In this document: in pieces, positions 21,915-32,108 of the stretch
Position numbering within the stretch: the stretch's first letter is position 1
Layout: the number at the start of each line of letters is the position of its first letter
NCBI GenBank assembly: GCA_037481815.1
Contig: JBBFKX010000001.1
Span: 1,373-65,372, forward strand
Reading direction: 5' to 3'
Length of the DNA: 64,000 bases
DNA from: a candidate division WOR-3 bacterium
GTDB lineage: Bacteria; Hydrothermota; 32-111
Translations under genes and position numbers: made by a program
Notes under the pieces: model-generated
What the model was told of the DNA's origin: nothing
What the model saw: only the letters and a program-made list of their open reading frames with translations
The model's database searches: none

Positions 21915-23144
21915 ATGGATATTTTAAACTATTCTTCTTACCTTGAAGATGATGATCTTTTAAGAGTAAAGGGATTCAGAGAATTCATCGATAAAACAAC
22001 TTTTGATAAGGATATGCGCGCTATCCTTATCAGACCATCAAAGGTCGTTAGAAACTCTGAACATATTTTAAATGAAAACCAAAAGTTAACCTTGAAATCA
22101 ATATTCATAAAGCATAACTTTTTAAATGACACCGATGTGACTTCACTTTTCTTTGAGAAAGAGGAAGATTTTGAAAATTTATTTTTGCAATCTTTTTACT
22201 CTTCTTTAAAGTATTCGTTTCTCGATATCCCTTTTGGTGGCTCTACACTCGGGTTAATTTTACATGAAAATTTAAATTTATATGATGAAAAGGTAAAGAG
22301 AAAGTTGGGATCACTTCTTGTAAAAAATTTTTCGGAGATACTTGATGAACAGAACTATTTAAAAATCAAGGACTATGAAGAAGAACGAAAGGATTCGATA
22401 GTAAAACTTATTGAAAATCTTGATAGACCAAGAATATCAAAAAGGTTGAAGTTCCTTTTGAAGAACCCTTTGAGAAAAAAAATAGTGAAAGAAAAATATG
22501 AACTTATATGGTTAAAAAGTTTGGTCAAATACTTTTTTAAAGGAAACAGGGTGAGGGTTATCATAGATACGATAAACAAAAGATCTCTTGAATTCTTAAA
22601 GGAGATGGTAAAAGATGAATTTTTTGTTGTTGTTGGAATAGGTTCAAAAGATTATTCCTATTATTCTTCAAAGGGTATTGACTGGAACGACATGAATATC
22701 ATCGAAAATATGGGAAACTCTCAAAACTCTATTGATTATACTGACCTGTTGAAAAAAGAAACTGAAATATTTTTAGAGTTTGGTTCAAATTATAATTTCA
22801 ATGAAACGATGTCCAAACTTGTCAACTGTCGTATTTTTGGTGAATTTGAAGATCTCTCAACATCTTTTCAGAGTATTAAAAATTTAACCAACAGAAAAAT
22901 AATCTATCTTCCATCATTACTTCTTGATTCTGTTGATCAGATTTTCGATTATTTTGAGATAATCGAAAGAAAAAGGGAAGAGATAATGAGTGTGGATGAA
23001 ATAGAATTAAGGTTTGAAACATATATCAAGTTTGTTCTGTCCTACTTTGATTCTTTTCTTGAAGACGAGCAAAAAGTGTTTGAAATCTTTTTGTCAAGAG
23101 CGTTTGAAAATTACAGAAGAAAGTTTTCTCTTGTTTACGGGTGA
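21915..23144 (+). CDS. Hypothetical protein, 409 aa; possible very divergent Glu/Leu/Phe/Val-dehydrogenase-like fold.
   Basis: No clear motifs. Weak resemblances to GDH: FLDIPFGGSTLGLIL vs [12 protein letters not shown], and FFVVVGIGSKDY vs VAISGFGNVAWG. Tightly linked to the next gene in the sigma-54 operon. Confidence 0.4.
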   Translation: MDILNYSSYLEDDDLLRVKGFREFIDKTTFDKDMRAILIRPSKVVRNSEHILNENQKLTLKSIFIKHNFLNDTDVTSLFFEKEEDFENLFLQSFYSSLKYSFLDIPFGGSTLGLILHENLNLYDEKVKRKLGSLLVKNFSEILDEQNYLKIKDYEEERKDSIVKLIENLDRPRISKRLKFLLKNPLRKKIVKEKYELIWLKSLVKYFFKGNRVRVIIDTINKRSLEFLKEMVKDEFFVVVGIGSKDYSYYSSKGIDWNDMNIIENMGNSQNSIDYTDLLKKETEIFLEFGSNYNFNETMSKLVNCRIFGEFEDLSTSFQSIKNLTNRKIIYLPSLLLDSVDQIFDYFEIIERKREEIMSVDEIELRFETYIKFVLSYFDSFLEDEQKVFEIFLSRAFENYRRKFSLVYG

Positions 23145-23148
23145 AAAT

Positions 23149-24354
23149 ATGGTTGAAGAAAAAGTTCTAAAAGAAAAATCAAAAGATTTAAACATTCTTG
23201 AATCATTTTTAAATGATTTGAACGAAAAGGAAAAAGAACATTTATTGAATCTTCTAAATTATAAAGAAACATATGTGAACATACCTTTAAAAGGTGCAAA
23301 TGGTGATTTTAAAAATATAACAGGTGTTAAAGTGGATAATTTTTTGGTTTATAACGACACATTTTCTAATCTTAGAATTCATCCATATTTTGATATAGAT
23401 TACTTTAAACGGTTTTCACTCTTGAACACAATAATGTTCTCACTTTTTGAAATTCCAGTAAATGGAAGTTTCTCATCTATTCTTGTTGATCCTTTCGATT
23501 TATCGATCGAAGAGAAAGAAGAACTTTTTAAAATGTTTTCTTCTCTTTTAAAAAATGAAATTCCAGAAAAAAATTATTTTTTCTCTTCAGATCTAAACTC
23601 AAATTTGAACGATTTAAAAATTTTCTGTGAATCGTTTCATTATGAAGATAAGGATAGAAAAAGAATGATAAGTTTTGTTGACCAATACAGTGATATAAAA
23701 AAAGAGATAGATGTTGAAAGGATAAATGAAATTTCCACTTATTATTCGATAAAAAAATTCTGTGAAATCAAAAGAAAAAATTTTGATGAACTATCTGTTG
23801 TTGTTTATGGATTTGGAGAAAAGCCCTGCTATCTTTCAAAAATGTTAAGAAAGGAAGGTTTTAACATCGTTGGAATTTTGACACATCAGGGTTCTTTCTA
23901 TGATCCTTACGGAATTGAAATCGATGAATTTTATAAAAATTATCTTTCAAGTTCCCCGGACAAAAATGAAACAAGATACAAAAAAATAGATCTTTATACA
24001 TTTGAAAACATCAGATCGGATATCACCATTTTCTATATAGATCTTTTTAAAAAGGATTTCTTAACTAATATAAACACATCCTTGGTAGTTGAAGGTCGAA
24101 GGATGATATTTACAGATGAAGATTTTCTGATGATGAAAAATAAAGGTGTTGAATGTTTGCCCTGTGAATTCACATGCTCTGGAGAGATACTCCTTTATGA
24201 TGAACTTAGGAAGAACAGGATTCCGAAAAAAGTTGAAACGATGATCCAGAAGGAGATCTATCATAAAATCGATCAGATCTTTGCCTTTGAAGGTGAAGAT
24301 GTTAAATCAAAGATTATTAAAATTGCTTTAAGAAATATTCTTGAAAATTTTTAA
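23149..24354 (+). CDS. Degenerate glutamate-dehydrogenase-like protein, 401 aa (ELFV-dehydrogenase N and C domain signatures present but lysine-containing active-site motifs substituted).
   Basis: GVKVDNFLVYNDTFSNLRIHPY aligns to [24 protein letters not shown] with the K lost. IPVNGSFSSILVDPFDL aligns to [16 protein letters not shown] with the K lost. VVVYGFGEKPCYLSKMLRKEGFNIVGILTHQGSFYDPYGIEIDEF aligns to VAISGFGNVAWGAAIKANELGAKVVTLSGPDGYIYDPDGV (Rossmann). Start at MVEEK (GTGAAAAT ATG); the upstream in-frame extension from 23014 overlaps the previous gene and was rejected. Confidence 0.55.
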   Translation: MVEEKVLKEKSKDLNILESFLNDLNEKEKEHLLNLLNYKETYVNIPLKGANGDFKNITGVKVDNFLVYNDTFSNLRIHPYFDIDYFKRFSLLNTIMFSLFEIPVNGSFSSILVDPFDLSIEEKEELFKMFSSLLKNEIPEKNYFFSSDLNSNLNDLKIFCESFHYEDKDRKRMISFVDQYSDIKKEIDVERINEISTYYSIKKFCEIKRKNFDELSVVVYGFGEKPCYLSKMLRKEGFNIVGILTHQGSFYDPYGIEIDEFYKNYLSSSPDKNETRYKKIDLYTFENIRSDITIFYIDLFKKDFLTNINTSLVVEGRRMIFTDEDFLMMKNKGVECLPCEFTCSGEILLYDELRKNRIPKKVETMIQKEIYHKIDQIFAFEGEDVKSKIIKIALRNILENF

Positions 24355-24378
24355 GAAACGCTCATATACCTCAAAAAA

Positions 24379-24408
24379 GAGGGGAGAGTTTTTAACTCTC
24401 CCCCTTTT
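24379..24408. terminator. Bidirectional rho-independent terminator between convergent genes.
   Basis: GAGGGGAGAG-TTTTTAA-CTCTCCCC stem-loop flanked by an A-tract on the left and a T-tract on the right. Confidence 0.7.
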
Positions 24409-24432
24409 CCAGAACGATTTAAAAATAAATTT

Positions 24433-25850
<1,418 letters not shown>

Positions 25851-25870
25851 AACTTAAAACTTTTAATCCC

Positions 25871-25898
25871 TTGACTTTTAATTTTAATGGTGTAAAAT
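25871..25898 (+). promoter_or_regulatory. Sigma-70 type promoter for gdhA copy 2 (TTGACT, 16 nt, TAAAAT).
   Basis: ccTTGACTtttaattttaatggtgTAAAATacc, 40 nt upstream of the AGGAGG RBS and the ATG at 25939. Confidence 0.55.
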
Positions 25899-25938
25899 AC
25901 CGCTGTTTTTACAAATCAAATATATTCAGGAGGATAAA

Positions 25939-27279
25939 ATGAATAGTTATGTTGCACAGGTAATAGAAGAAGTAAAACAGAGATACTTCTGGGAAAAAGA
26001 GTTTATTCAGGCGGTTACAGAGGTTTTAGAGTCCCTATCACTTGTTATGGATAAAGAACCGAAATACAAAAAGTACAGGATTCTTGAAAGAATCGTAGAA
26101 CCGGAAAGAATAATATTCTTCAGAGTTCCATGGACGGATGATAAGGGAGAGATCCATATCAACAGAGGTTACAGGGTTGAGTTCAACTCAGCACTTGGTC
26201 CTTACAAAGGAGGACTGAGATTCCATTCTTCTGTAACACTTTCAATTCTAAAGTTTTTGGGATTTGAGCAGATTTTCAAAAACTCCTTGACAGGTCTTCC
26301 AATGGGTGGTGGTAAAGGTGGAAGCGATTTTGATCTCAAAGGAAAATCTGAAGGTGAAGTTATGAGGTTCTGTCAGTCATTTATGACCGAACTTTATAGA
26401 CACATCGGTGCTGATACTGATGTCCCGGCAGGAGACATTGGAGTAGGTGCAAGAGAGATTGGATACATGTTTGGACAATACAAAAGATTGAAAAATGAGT
26501 TCACAGGTGTTTTGACAGGTAAGGGCTTAAACTGGGGTGGTTCTTTGATAAGACCTGAAGCAACAGGATTTGGTGTTGTCTATTTTGCAGAAGAGATGTT
26601 GAAAACGAAAAAGGATTCACTTGAAGGAAAGACTGTTGCGATCAGTGGTTTTGGTAATGTTGCCTGGGGTGCTGCAATAAAAGCGAATGAACTGGGTGCA
26701 AAGGTTGTGACTCTCTCAGGTCCTGATGGATACATCTATGATCCGGATGGAGTGAAAGGCGAAAAGATAGATTATATGCTTGAGATGAGAGCAAGTGGAA
26801 GGGATTGTGTGAAAGATTATGCTGATAAATTCAAAGTGAAATTTGTTGAAAACAGAAGACCATGGGAAGTTAAAGTTGATGTCGCACTTCCTTGCGCAAC
26901 CCAGAATGAGATCGATGGAAACGATGCGAAAACATTGATAAAGAACGGATGCAAATGTGTTGTTGAAGGTTCAAATATGTCCTCAACACCTGAAGCAGTT
27001 GAAGCATTCCTTAACAACAATATCCTTTACTCTCCAGGCAAAGCATCTAACGCAGGTGGAGTTGCAACAAGTGGTCTTGAGATGTCACAGAATTCGATGA
27101 GATTACAGTGGCCAAGAGAAGAAGTTGATAAGAGGTTAAGAGAGATAATGGTAAAAATACATCAGTCATGCGTTGATGCAGCAAAAGAGTATGGAACACC
27201 TGGAAACTATGTGAACGGAGCGAATATCGCAGGATTTAAGAAGGTCGCAGATGCTATGATCGATCAGGGTGTTGTATAA
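25939..27279 (+). CDS. gdhA: NADP/NAD-specific glutamate dehydrogenase (copy 2).
   Basis: [49 protein letters not shown]. Confidence 0.9.
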   Translation: MNSYVAQVIEEVKQRYFWEKEFIQAVTEVLESLSLVMDKEPKYKKYRILERIVEPERIIFFRVPWTDDKGEIHINRGYRVEFNSALGPYKGGLRFHSSVTLSILKFLGFEQIFKNSLTGLPMGGGKGGSDFDLKGKSEGEVMRFCQSFMTELYRHIGADTDVPAGDIGVGAREIGYMFGQYKRLKNEFTGVLTGKGLNWGGSLIRPEATGFGVVYFAEEMLKTKKDSLEGKTVAISGFGNVAWGAAIKANELGAKVVTLSGPDGYIYDPDGVKGEKIDYMLEMRASGRDCVKDYADKFKVKFVENRRPWEVKVDVALPCATQNEIDGNDAKTLIKNGCKCVVEGSNMSSTPEAVEAFLNNNILYSPGKASNAGGVATSGLEMSQNSMRLQWPREEVDKRLREIMVKIHQSCVDAAKEYGTPGNYVNGANIAGFKKVADAMIDQGVV

Positions 27280-27302
27280 ATTTATATTTAAAAAATAGTT
27301 AT

Positions 27303-27335
27303 AAAAAAGGGTGGCTTTTGCCACCCTTTTTCTTT
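27303..27335. terminator. Rho-independent terminator after gdhA copy 2.
   Basis: AAAAAAGGGTGGC-TTTT-GCCACCC-TTTTTCTTTT. Confidence 0.85.
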
Positions 27336-27418
27336 TAAAGGGACTTGACAAAAAAGGTTTGAAAATTAAATTATAGGTGACCAAAAAAAACAAATAAACT
27401 TAGAAGGAGGTGGGAGTT

Positions 27419-27868
27419 ATGAAAAAGGAACTTCAGAAATTTTCACCTTTCTCAGAACTGTTTGATTTAAGGAAAGAAATCGATTCACTTTTCGATGACA
27501 GATTCTTTGGTAAAATGTTGCAGCCCTACTATGAATCGAATTGGACTCCTTCTATGGATATTTCTGAAACCGACAAAGAGTTTCTTGTAACAGTTGAACT
27601 TCCTGGAATGAAGAAAGAGGATATAAACCTTTCAATAGACAACAATGTGTTAACCATAGAAGGGGAAAGAAAGAGTGAGAAAGAGGAAAAAGGTAGAACC
27701 TTCCATAGAATTGAAAGATCGTATGGTAAATTTTATAGATCTGTGACATTACCGAAAAAAGTTGATGAGGAAAATATAAAAGCGACATTCAAAGATGGTT
27801 TGTTGAATATAACTTTACCAAAAGTTGAAAAGGAAAAAGTTAAAAATATCGAGATTTCAGATAAGTAA
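27419..27868 (+). CDS. Hsp20 / alpha-crystallin family small heat-shock protein.
   Basis: Alpha-crystallin domain: DISETDKEFLVTVELPGMKKEDINLSI...LTIEGERK...FHRIERSYGKFYRSVTLP...DGLLNITLPK. ATG at 27419 with AGGAGG 8 nt upstream; the track's GTG start at 27410 was rejected. Confidence 0.85.
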   Translation: MKKELQKFSPFSELFDLRKEIDSLFDDRFFGKMLQPYYESNWTPSMDISETDKEFLVTVELPGMKKEDINLSIDNNVLTIEGERKSEKEEKGRTFHRIERSYGKFYRSVTLPKKVDEENIKATFKDGLLNITLPKVEKEKVKNIEISDK

Positions 27869-27891
27869 GTGAGGTTTTCCTCACTTACTTA
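27862..27891. terminator. Long hairpin (13-bp stem) between convergent hsp20 and epimerase genes; both stop codons lie inside the stem.
   Basis: TAAGTAAGTGAGG-TTTT-CCTCACTTACTTA. No strong U-tract, so rho-independent function is uncertain. Confidence 0.45.
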
Positions 27892-28857
27892 TATCTCGTA
27901 TTCGATTTTTTCTAAATCTTTTGAATTTTGATAAAACCAAGTATAGGTTTTTTCAATACCTTCCTCAAATGAAATTTTTGGTTCATATCCAATAAGTTTT
28001 TTTGCAAACGTGTTATCTCCAAGAAGTTTTTCAACCTCACAGGAAGATTTTCTGATTCTTTTATTTTCAACAACAATTTCAAGATTTTTCTTAGAGATCT
28101 TTTCGATGATCTTTATTATTTGTTTTATAGAAAAAGATTTACCTGAACAGATGTTGAAAGTTTTTCCATAGGTTTTCTCATTGTAAACTATTTTTTTGAA
28201 CGCATCGATTAGGTCATCTATGAAAGTGAAATCTCTTTCGGTCTTTAGATTTCCGATTTTAACCTTATTCGATTTTATAGATTGCATGATTATCTGCGGT
28301 ATAACAGACCTGAGAGATTGTCTTGGCCCATAAACATTGAAAGGTCGAACGACCGTTACAGGCAGATCGAAAGCCCTTTGGTATGAGATCGCTAACTGAT
28401 CCTGTGCAATCTTTGTTGCAGCGTAAGGCGACTGTGCATTTAAAGGATGTTTTTCATCCATTGGAACATATTGTGCACTACCATAAACTTCAGAAGTTGA
28501 CATTATTATCGTGTGTTTTATTTTTCTTGTTTTTGAAATCTCAAGTATATTTTTCACCCCTTTTATGTTGGTTTCGATATATGAATCGACAGCTTTGAAA
28601 GAGTAAGGTATCGTTATCAACGCTGCAAGGTTTATGATACAATCAACATCTTTTGTTAAATCGTAAAGTAGAGAATAATCTCTGATGTCACCCTTTACGA
28701 CCTCAATGTTTTTGAAACTTTTTAAAAATTTTAAATTACCAATATCGTTGAAACTGTTATAGTAAACGAGTGCTTTAACCTTAAAATCCTGTGATAATTT
28801 TTCAACAAGATGACTTCCGATGAACCCACAACTTCCGGTTACAAAGATTTTTTTCAT
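27889..28857 (-). CDS. NAD-dependent nucleotide-sugar epimerase/dehydratase (extended SDR family).
   Basis: N-terminal Rossmann VTGSCGFIGSHLVEKL. Catalytic YAATK (YxxxK). 322 aa. Confidence 0.8.
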   Translation of the reverse strand: MKKIFVTGSCGFIGSHLVEKLSQDFKVKALVYYNSFNDIGNLKFLKSFKNIEVVKGDIRDYSLLYDLTKDVDCIINLAALITIPYSFKAVDSYIETNIKGVKNILEISKTRKIKHTIIMSTSEVYGSAQYVPMDEKHPLNAQSPYAATKIAQDQLAISYQRAFDLPVTVVRPFNVYGPRQSLRSVIPQIIMQSIKSNKVKIGNLKTERDFTFIDDLIDAFKKIVYNEKTYGKTFNICSGKSFSIKQIIKIIEKISKKNLEIVVENKRIRKSSCEVEKLLGDNTFAKKLIGYEPKISFEEGIEKTYTWFYQNSKDLEKIEYEI

Positions 28858-29892
28858 CTATCCCCCAAAAACTCTGCTAATTTTTTCATATGATTCTCTG
28901 TTTCCAACATCATACCAGAATCCACTATGTAAATAGTAACCCACTTTTTTCTTTTCTATTATCTTTTTGTTCAACAGTTCGTCCATATTTATAAAATCAT
29001 CTTTTTTTAAATTTTTTAAAACATTTTTTTGAAAAATGTTGATTCCGGAAAGTATGAAAAATTTTAAAACAGGTTTTTCAAAGATATTCAAAATATTTTT
29101 TTTGTTTACTGAAACAACACCATATTCGATTTCTATATTTTGTGGGATAACTACCGATGTGATATCATTCTTATTCATTTTGTGGGATTTGATCACCGAA
29201 GAGAAATCGATATCACTTATAATATCAGCGTTATGAACGATTAGCGTGTCCTCTTTTATATTTTTCATATAGAATAGAGCGCCTGCTGTTCCAAGTGGCT
29301 TTTTCTCTTTTATGAAGGATGATCTATCAAATATATCCGGATATTTTGAAATCAATTTTTTTTCGATCATTTCTTTTTTGTAATTTAAAGAGACATAAAT
29401 ATTTTTAAAACCATCAAGTATGAACTTATCTATGATGTTTTCAATTAAACTTGTTTTTCCAATTTCAAGGAGTGGTTTTGGTTTTTTTTCAGTTAAAGGA
29501 AGCAACCTTTTGCCTCTTCCACCTGCCATTATGAGTACTGCAACATTTGAAAAATCTTCCCCTTTCTTTTCGTATTCAAAAATTTTCAAGATCCTACCTT
29601 TATTATCAAGTAATGGAACAAATTTTATCTTAAATTTTTCCATCAACTTTTTTGCTTCATGTTCCGAATCGTTTAAAATATATATAAAATCTTTTTTTGC
29701 TATCTGTTTTGCTTCATCGTTAATGTTGAACCCTTTTATCAACGCTCTTCTTATATCACCATCAGTTAGAGAACCTTTTGCTTTCTTTTTATCATCGACA
29801 AGAAAAAGGATTTTCCCACCTTTTTCGTTTAACTTTTTTAAACACTCTAATATAGTCGAGTTTTCTTCTATAAGAAAATCATTTATATTCAT
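28858..29892 (-). CDS. CBS-domain sugar-phosphate nucleotidyltransferase (PtmE / GlmU-N-like).
   Basis: N-terminal CBS pair, then NTP-transferase signature LIMAGGRGKRLLPLTEKKPKPLLEIG. 344 aa. Confidence 0.7.
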   Translation of the reverse strand: MNINDFLIEENSTILECLKKLNEKGGKILFLVDDKKKAKGSLTDGDIRRALIKGFNINDEAKQIAKKDFIYILNDSEHEAKKLMEKFKIKFVPLLDNKGRILKIFEYEKKGEDFSNVAVLIMAGGRGKRLLPLTEKKPKPLLEIGKTSLIENIIDKFILDGFKNIYVSLNYKKEMIEKKLISKYPDIFDRSSFIKEKKPLGTAGALFYMKNIKEDTLIVHNADIISDIDFSSVIKSHKMNKNDITSVVIPQNIEIEYGVVSVNKKNILNIFEKPVLKFFILSGINIFQKNVLKNLKKDDFINMDELLNKKIIEKKKVGYYLHSGFWYDVGNRESYEKISRVFGG

Positions 29893-30910
29893 TTTTACTC
29901 CTTAAAACAAGTTTTATTTTTTCTATTGTTCTTTTGAGATCGTTTTTTGAGTATTCCTCATCAACAGGTATATTCAAAATTTTTTCGGAAAGTTTGTTCT
30001 GGCATCTCCATAATATAGGAAGAAAGATTTTGAATTTCTGGAGTTCTGTTTTCACGAAATCTCTGTTTTCTATGGTTATCGGAAAAGATTGTGGAACAAC
30101 ATTTTCGGGTAAATGTTTAAAAATCGCTTTTTCATATATAAAATCATCTGTGAGTAAGAAATTAAAATTTTCTCTTCTTTTCTGTGAAGATCTTTTTTGA
30201 TCGTAAATTTTGAGAAAATTCATAGAGAATCTTGAAATATTTTTGGGTATTTCACCAATCTCTTTTTCACTTTTCTGTGAGTAATAAACATACATTTTTT
30301 CAAAATAATCTTTTTCATATCCATAATTTTCAAATATTTCTCTGTAAAGTTTTGATAAGATTTTTTCTATATAATAATCTTCAAATGAACTCTTTCTAAT
30401 TTTTTTAAAATTTTTTAGGTCTGTAAAAAGGACTCCACCATCAGGAAGAGGAAACATTTTTCTTAAACTTCCAACAACTATATCTGAAGAAGAAAATTGA
30501 AATTCCGATAAGAGAGAGTGTGTGATATCCCTGACGATTAAAAATCCCTTTTCCTTTGAAAGTTTTAAGAGAAGTTCATCCTGAAAACCGAAATAATCTG
30601 TTATGAATATCGCTGTTTTTTTACTTTTCTCTTTGGTCAAAAAATCTATATCAGATGATAGATTATTTTTGATCTTATAAAATTTTATTTTCAAATTTTC
30701 TTCGAGAAGTGGTCTTAACATCTCTTCACAAAAGTAGTCAGGGAAAAAAACTTGGTAATCGTTTTCCTTTAAATGGTATGCAACATTTTTTAAAGCACCT
30801 CTTCCAGATGAGAAGAAATATTTTTTCTTGAATTCAAAATTTTGAAAAGGTTCTTCAAAATCCTCTTTTAAGTTATCGAAAAGGATTCTTTCACTTCCGA
30901 CTATTTTCAT
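29879..30910 (-). CDS. Probable DegT/DnrJ/EryC1/StrS-family PLP-dependent sugar aminotransferase (divergent).
   Basis: SSGRGALKNVAYHL...; KTAIFITDYFGFQDE...; SLRKMFPLPDGGVLFTD resembles the DegT SxxK (PLP lysine) and DGG motifs. Low overall similarity. Confidence 0.45.
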   Translation of the reverse strand: MKIVGSERILFDNLKEDFEEPFQNFEFKKKYFFSSGRGALKNVAYHLKENDYQVFFPDYFCEEMLRPLLEENLKIKFYKIKNNLSSDIDFLTKEKSKKTAIFITDYFGFQDELLLKLSKEKGFLIVRDITHSLLSEFQFSSSDIVVGSLRKMFPLPDGGVLFTDLKNFKKIRKSSFEDYYIEKILSKLYREIFENYGYEKDYFEKMYVYYSQKSEKEIGEIPKNISRFSMNFLKIYDQKRSSQKRRENFNFLLTDDFIYEKAIFKHLPENVVPQSFPITIENRDFVKTELQKFKIFLPILWRCQNKLSEKILNIPVDEEYSKNDLKRTIEKIKLVLRSKNEYK

Positions 30911-32000
30911 CTTTAAATTTTACCTTTATATTCAATTCTTTAAGATATGAAATTATTGTTTTAAATTTTTTCTGATCGAATCCGATGACTTCTGGTGGAA
31001 CGACCCCTGTTTCAATTTTATTTGTTAGAAGGATGAATGAGAATATTCCGAGAGAAAAGCCGGTTGTTCTTTCCATCGCTGAATGTTTTTCATCTCCTCG
31101 ATCAACGAGTTCGTAGGTGATTATTTTTTTCCTTTTATTTATTTTCCCTTCACCTATTACCCTTAAAAGCAAGACATCTTTTATCTGAGGATATTTTATA
31201 CTTTTCAAAATTTCTATCGTTACCTCTTTTGGTTTTTTTCCGTTCAATTCCTCTTTAAAATAACCCAGATCTTTTAAAAATTTTATTTTTTCTATATGTC
31301 CTTTATACCTTAAAGTTTTTTCTTCAAGATTTTTAACATCTTTTAAAGTTTTCAAAAGTGTTCTTAGTCCATCCGTGTAAAAACCTTCAAGTTGTTCAAA
31401 ACCTTTAAATTTAACATTTTCAAGACCTGTTAAAGGTTCAACGATTTTAATTTTTCGATTTTTTAGAATTTTTACTTCTCTTTCATACTCAGATATAAGA
31501 TCTTCAGGTGACCATGTTATCGTGTATCCAAGAGGGGGAATATTTTTTTCAGGCATTCCCCCGACATAAATTTTTATACTTTCACATTTTTCAAAACTTT
31601 TATATATTCTACCTGCAAAAAGGTTACTCAAACCAGGTGCTACTCCACCATCTGGAATTATTGTGATACCTGCTTTTTTCGCCTCTTCATCAAGTTCAAA
31701 AGGATCATTTTCAGAATATGAAACATCAACGATATTCTTTTGTGCAAGGATCGCTCCCTTTTGTGCGATTCTTCCAAGTTTTGCAGGTAATGCTGATATT
31801 ATCAGATCGAATCCCTCTGAAAGTTTTTGGATTTTTTCAGGTGAATCGATATTTTCTTTGATCGTTTTAAAACCAAGTTGAGAAAGATAGTTCAGATTTT
31901 CATTGTTGATATCTACAAAAGTTACATCAACATTTTTTTTAAAAAGGAATTCACCACATGCGATTCCCTGCCTTCCTCCACCGAATACTATACATTTCAT
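30891..32000 (-). CDS. Saccharopine dehydrogenase-like NAD(P)-binding oxidoreductase.
   Basis: N-terminal Rossmann MKCIVFGGGRQGIACGEFL. Size of about 370 aa is typical of the saccharopine / carboxynorspermidine dehydrogenase family. Start set at MKCIV with an AAAGGAG RBS. Confidence 0.55.
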   Translation of the reverse strand: MKCIVFGGGRQGIACGEFLFKKNVDVTFVDINNENLNYLSQLGFKTIKENIDSPEKIQKLSEGFDLIISALPAKLGRIAQKGAILAQKNIVDVSYSENDPFELDEEAKKAGITIIPDGGVAPGLSNLFAGRIYKSFEKCESIKIYVGGMPEKNIPPLGYTITWSPEDLISEYEREVKILKNRKIKIVEPLTGLENVKFKGFEQLEGFYTDGLRTLLKTLKDVKNLEEKTLRYKGHIEKIKFLKDLGYFKEELNGKKPKEVTIEILKSIKYPQIKDVLLLRVIGEGKINKRKKIITYELVDRGDEKHSAMERTTGFSLGIFSFILLTNKIETGVVPPEVIGFDQKKFKTIISYLKELNIKVKFKDENSRK

Positions 32001-32108
32001 AAAAACTCCTTTTTTTAATTCTATTTCTTTAACACTATTTGTCAACAACACTTTTATTTTTGTTGACATTTCTCATGATACTGATAACATTAAAAAAAAG
32101 GAGAAGAT

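Noticed and set aside
23014-23148. Upstream extension of the GDH-like ORF (MKHISSLF...) overlapping the previous gene by 130 nt in another frame.
   Set aside because: No RBS, and a long overlap. The internal MVEEK start at 23149, with a GTGAAAAT-ATG context just after the upstream stop, is far more plausible.
27410-27418. GTG start for Hsp20 given by the ORF track (MGVMKK).
   Set aside because: The AGGAGG RBS is positioned for the ATG at 27419. The GTG would sit inside the RBS.
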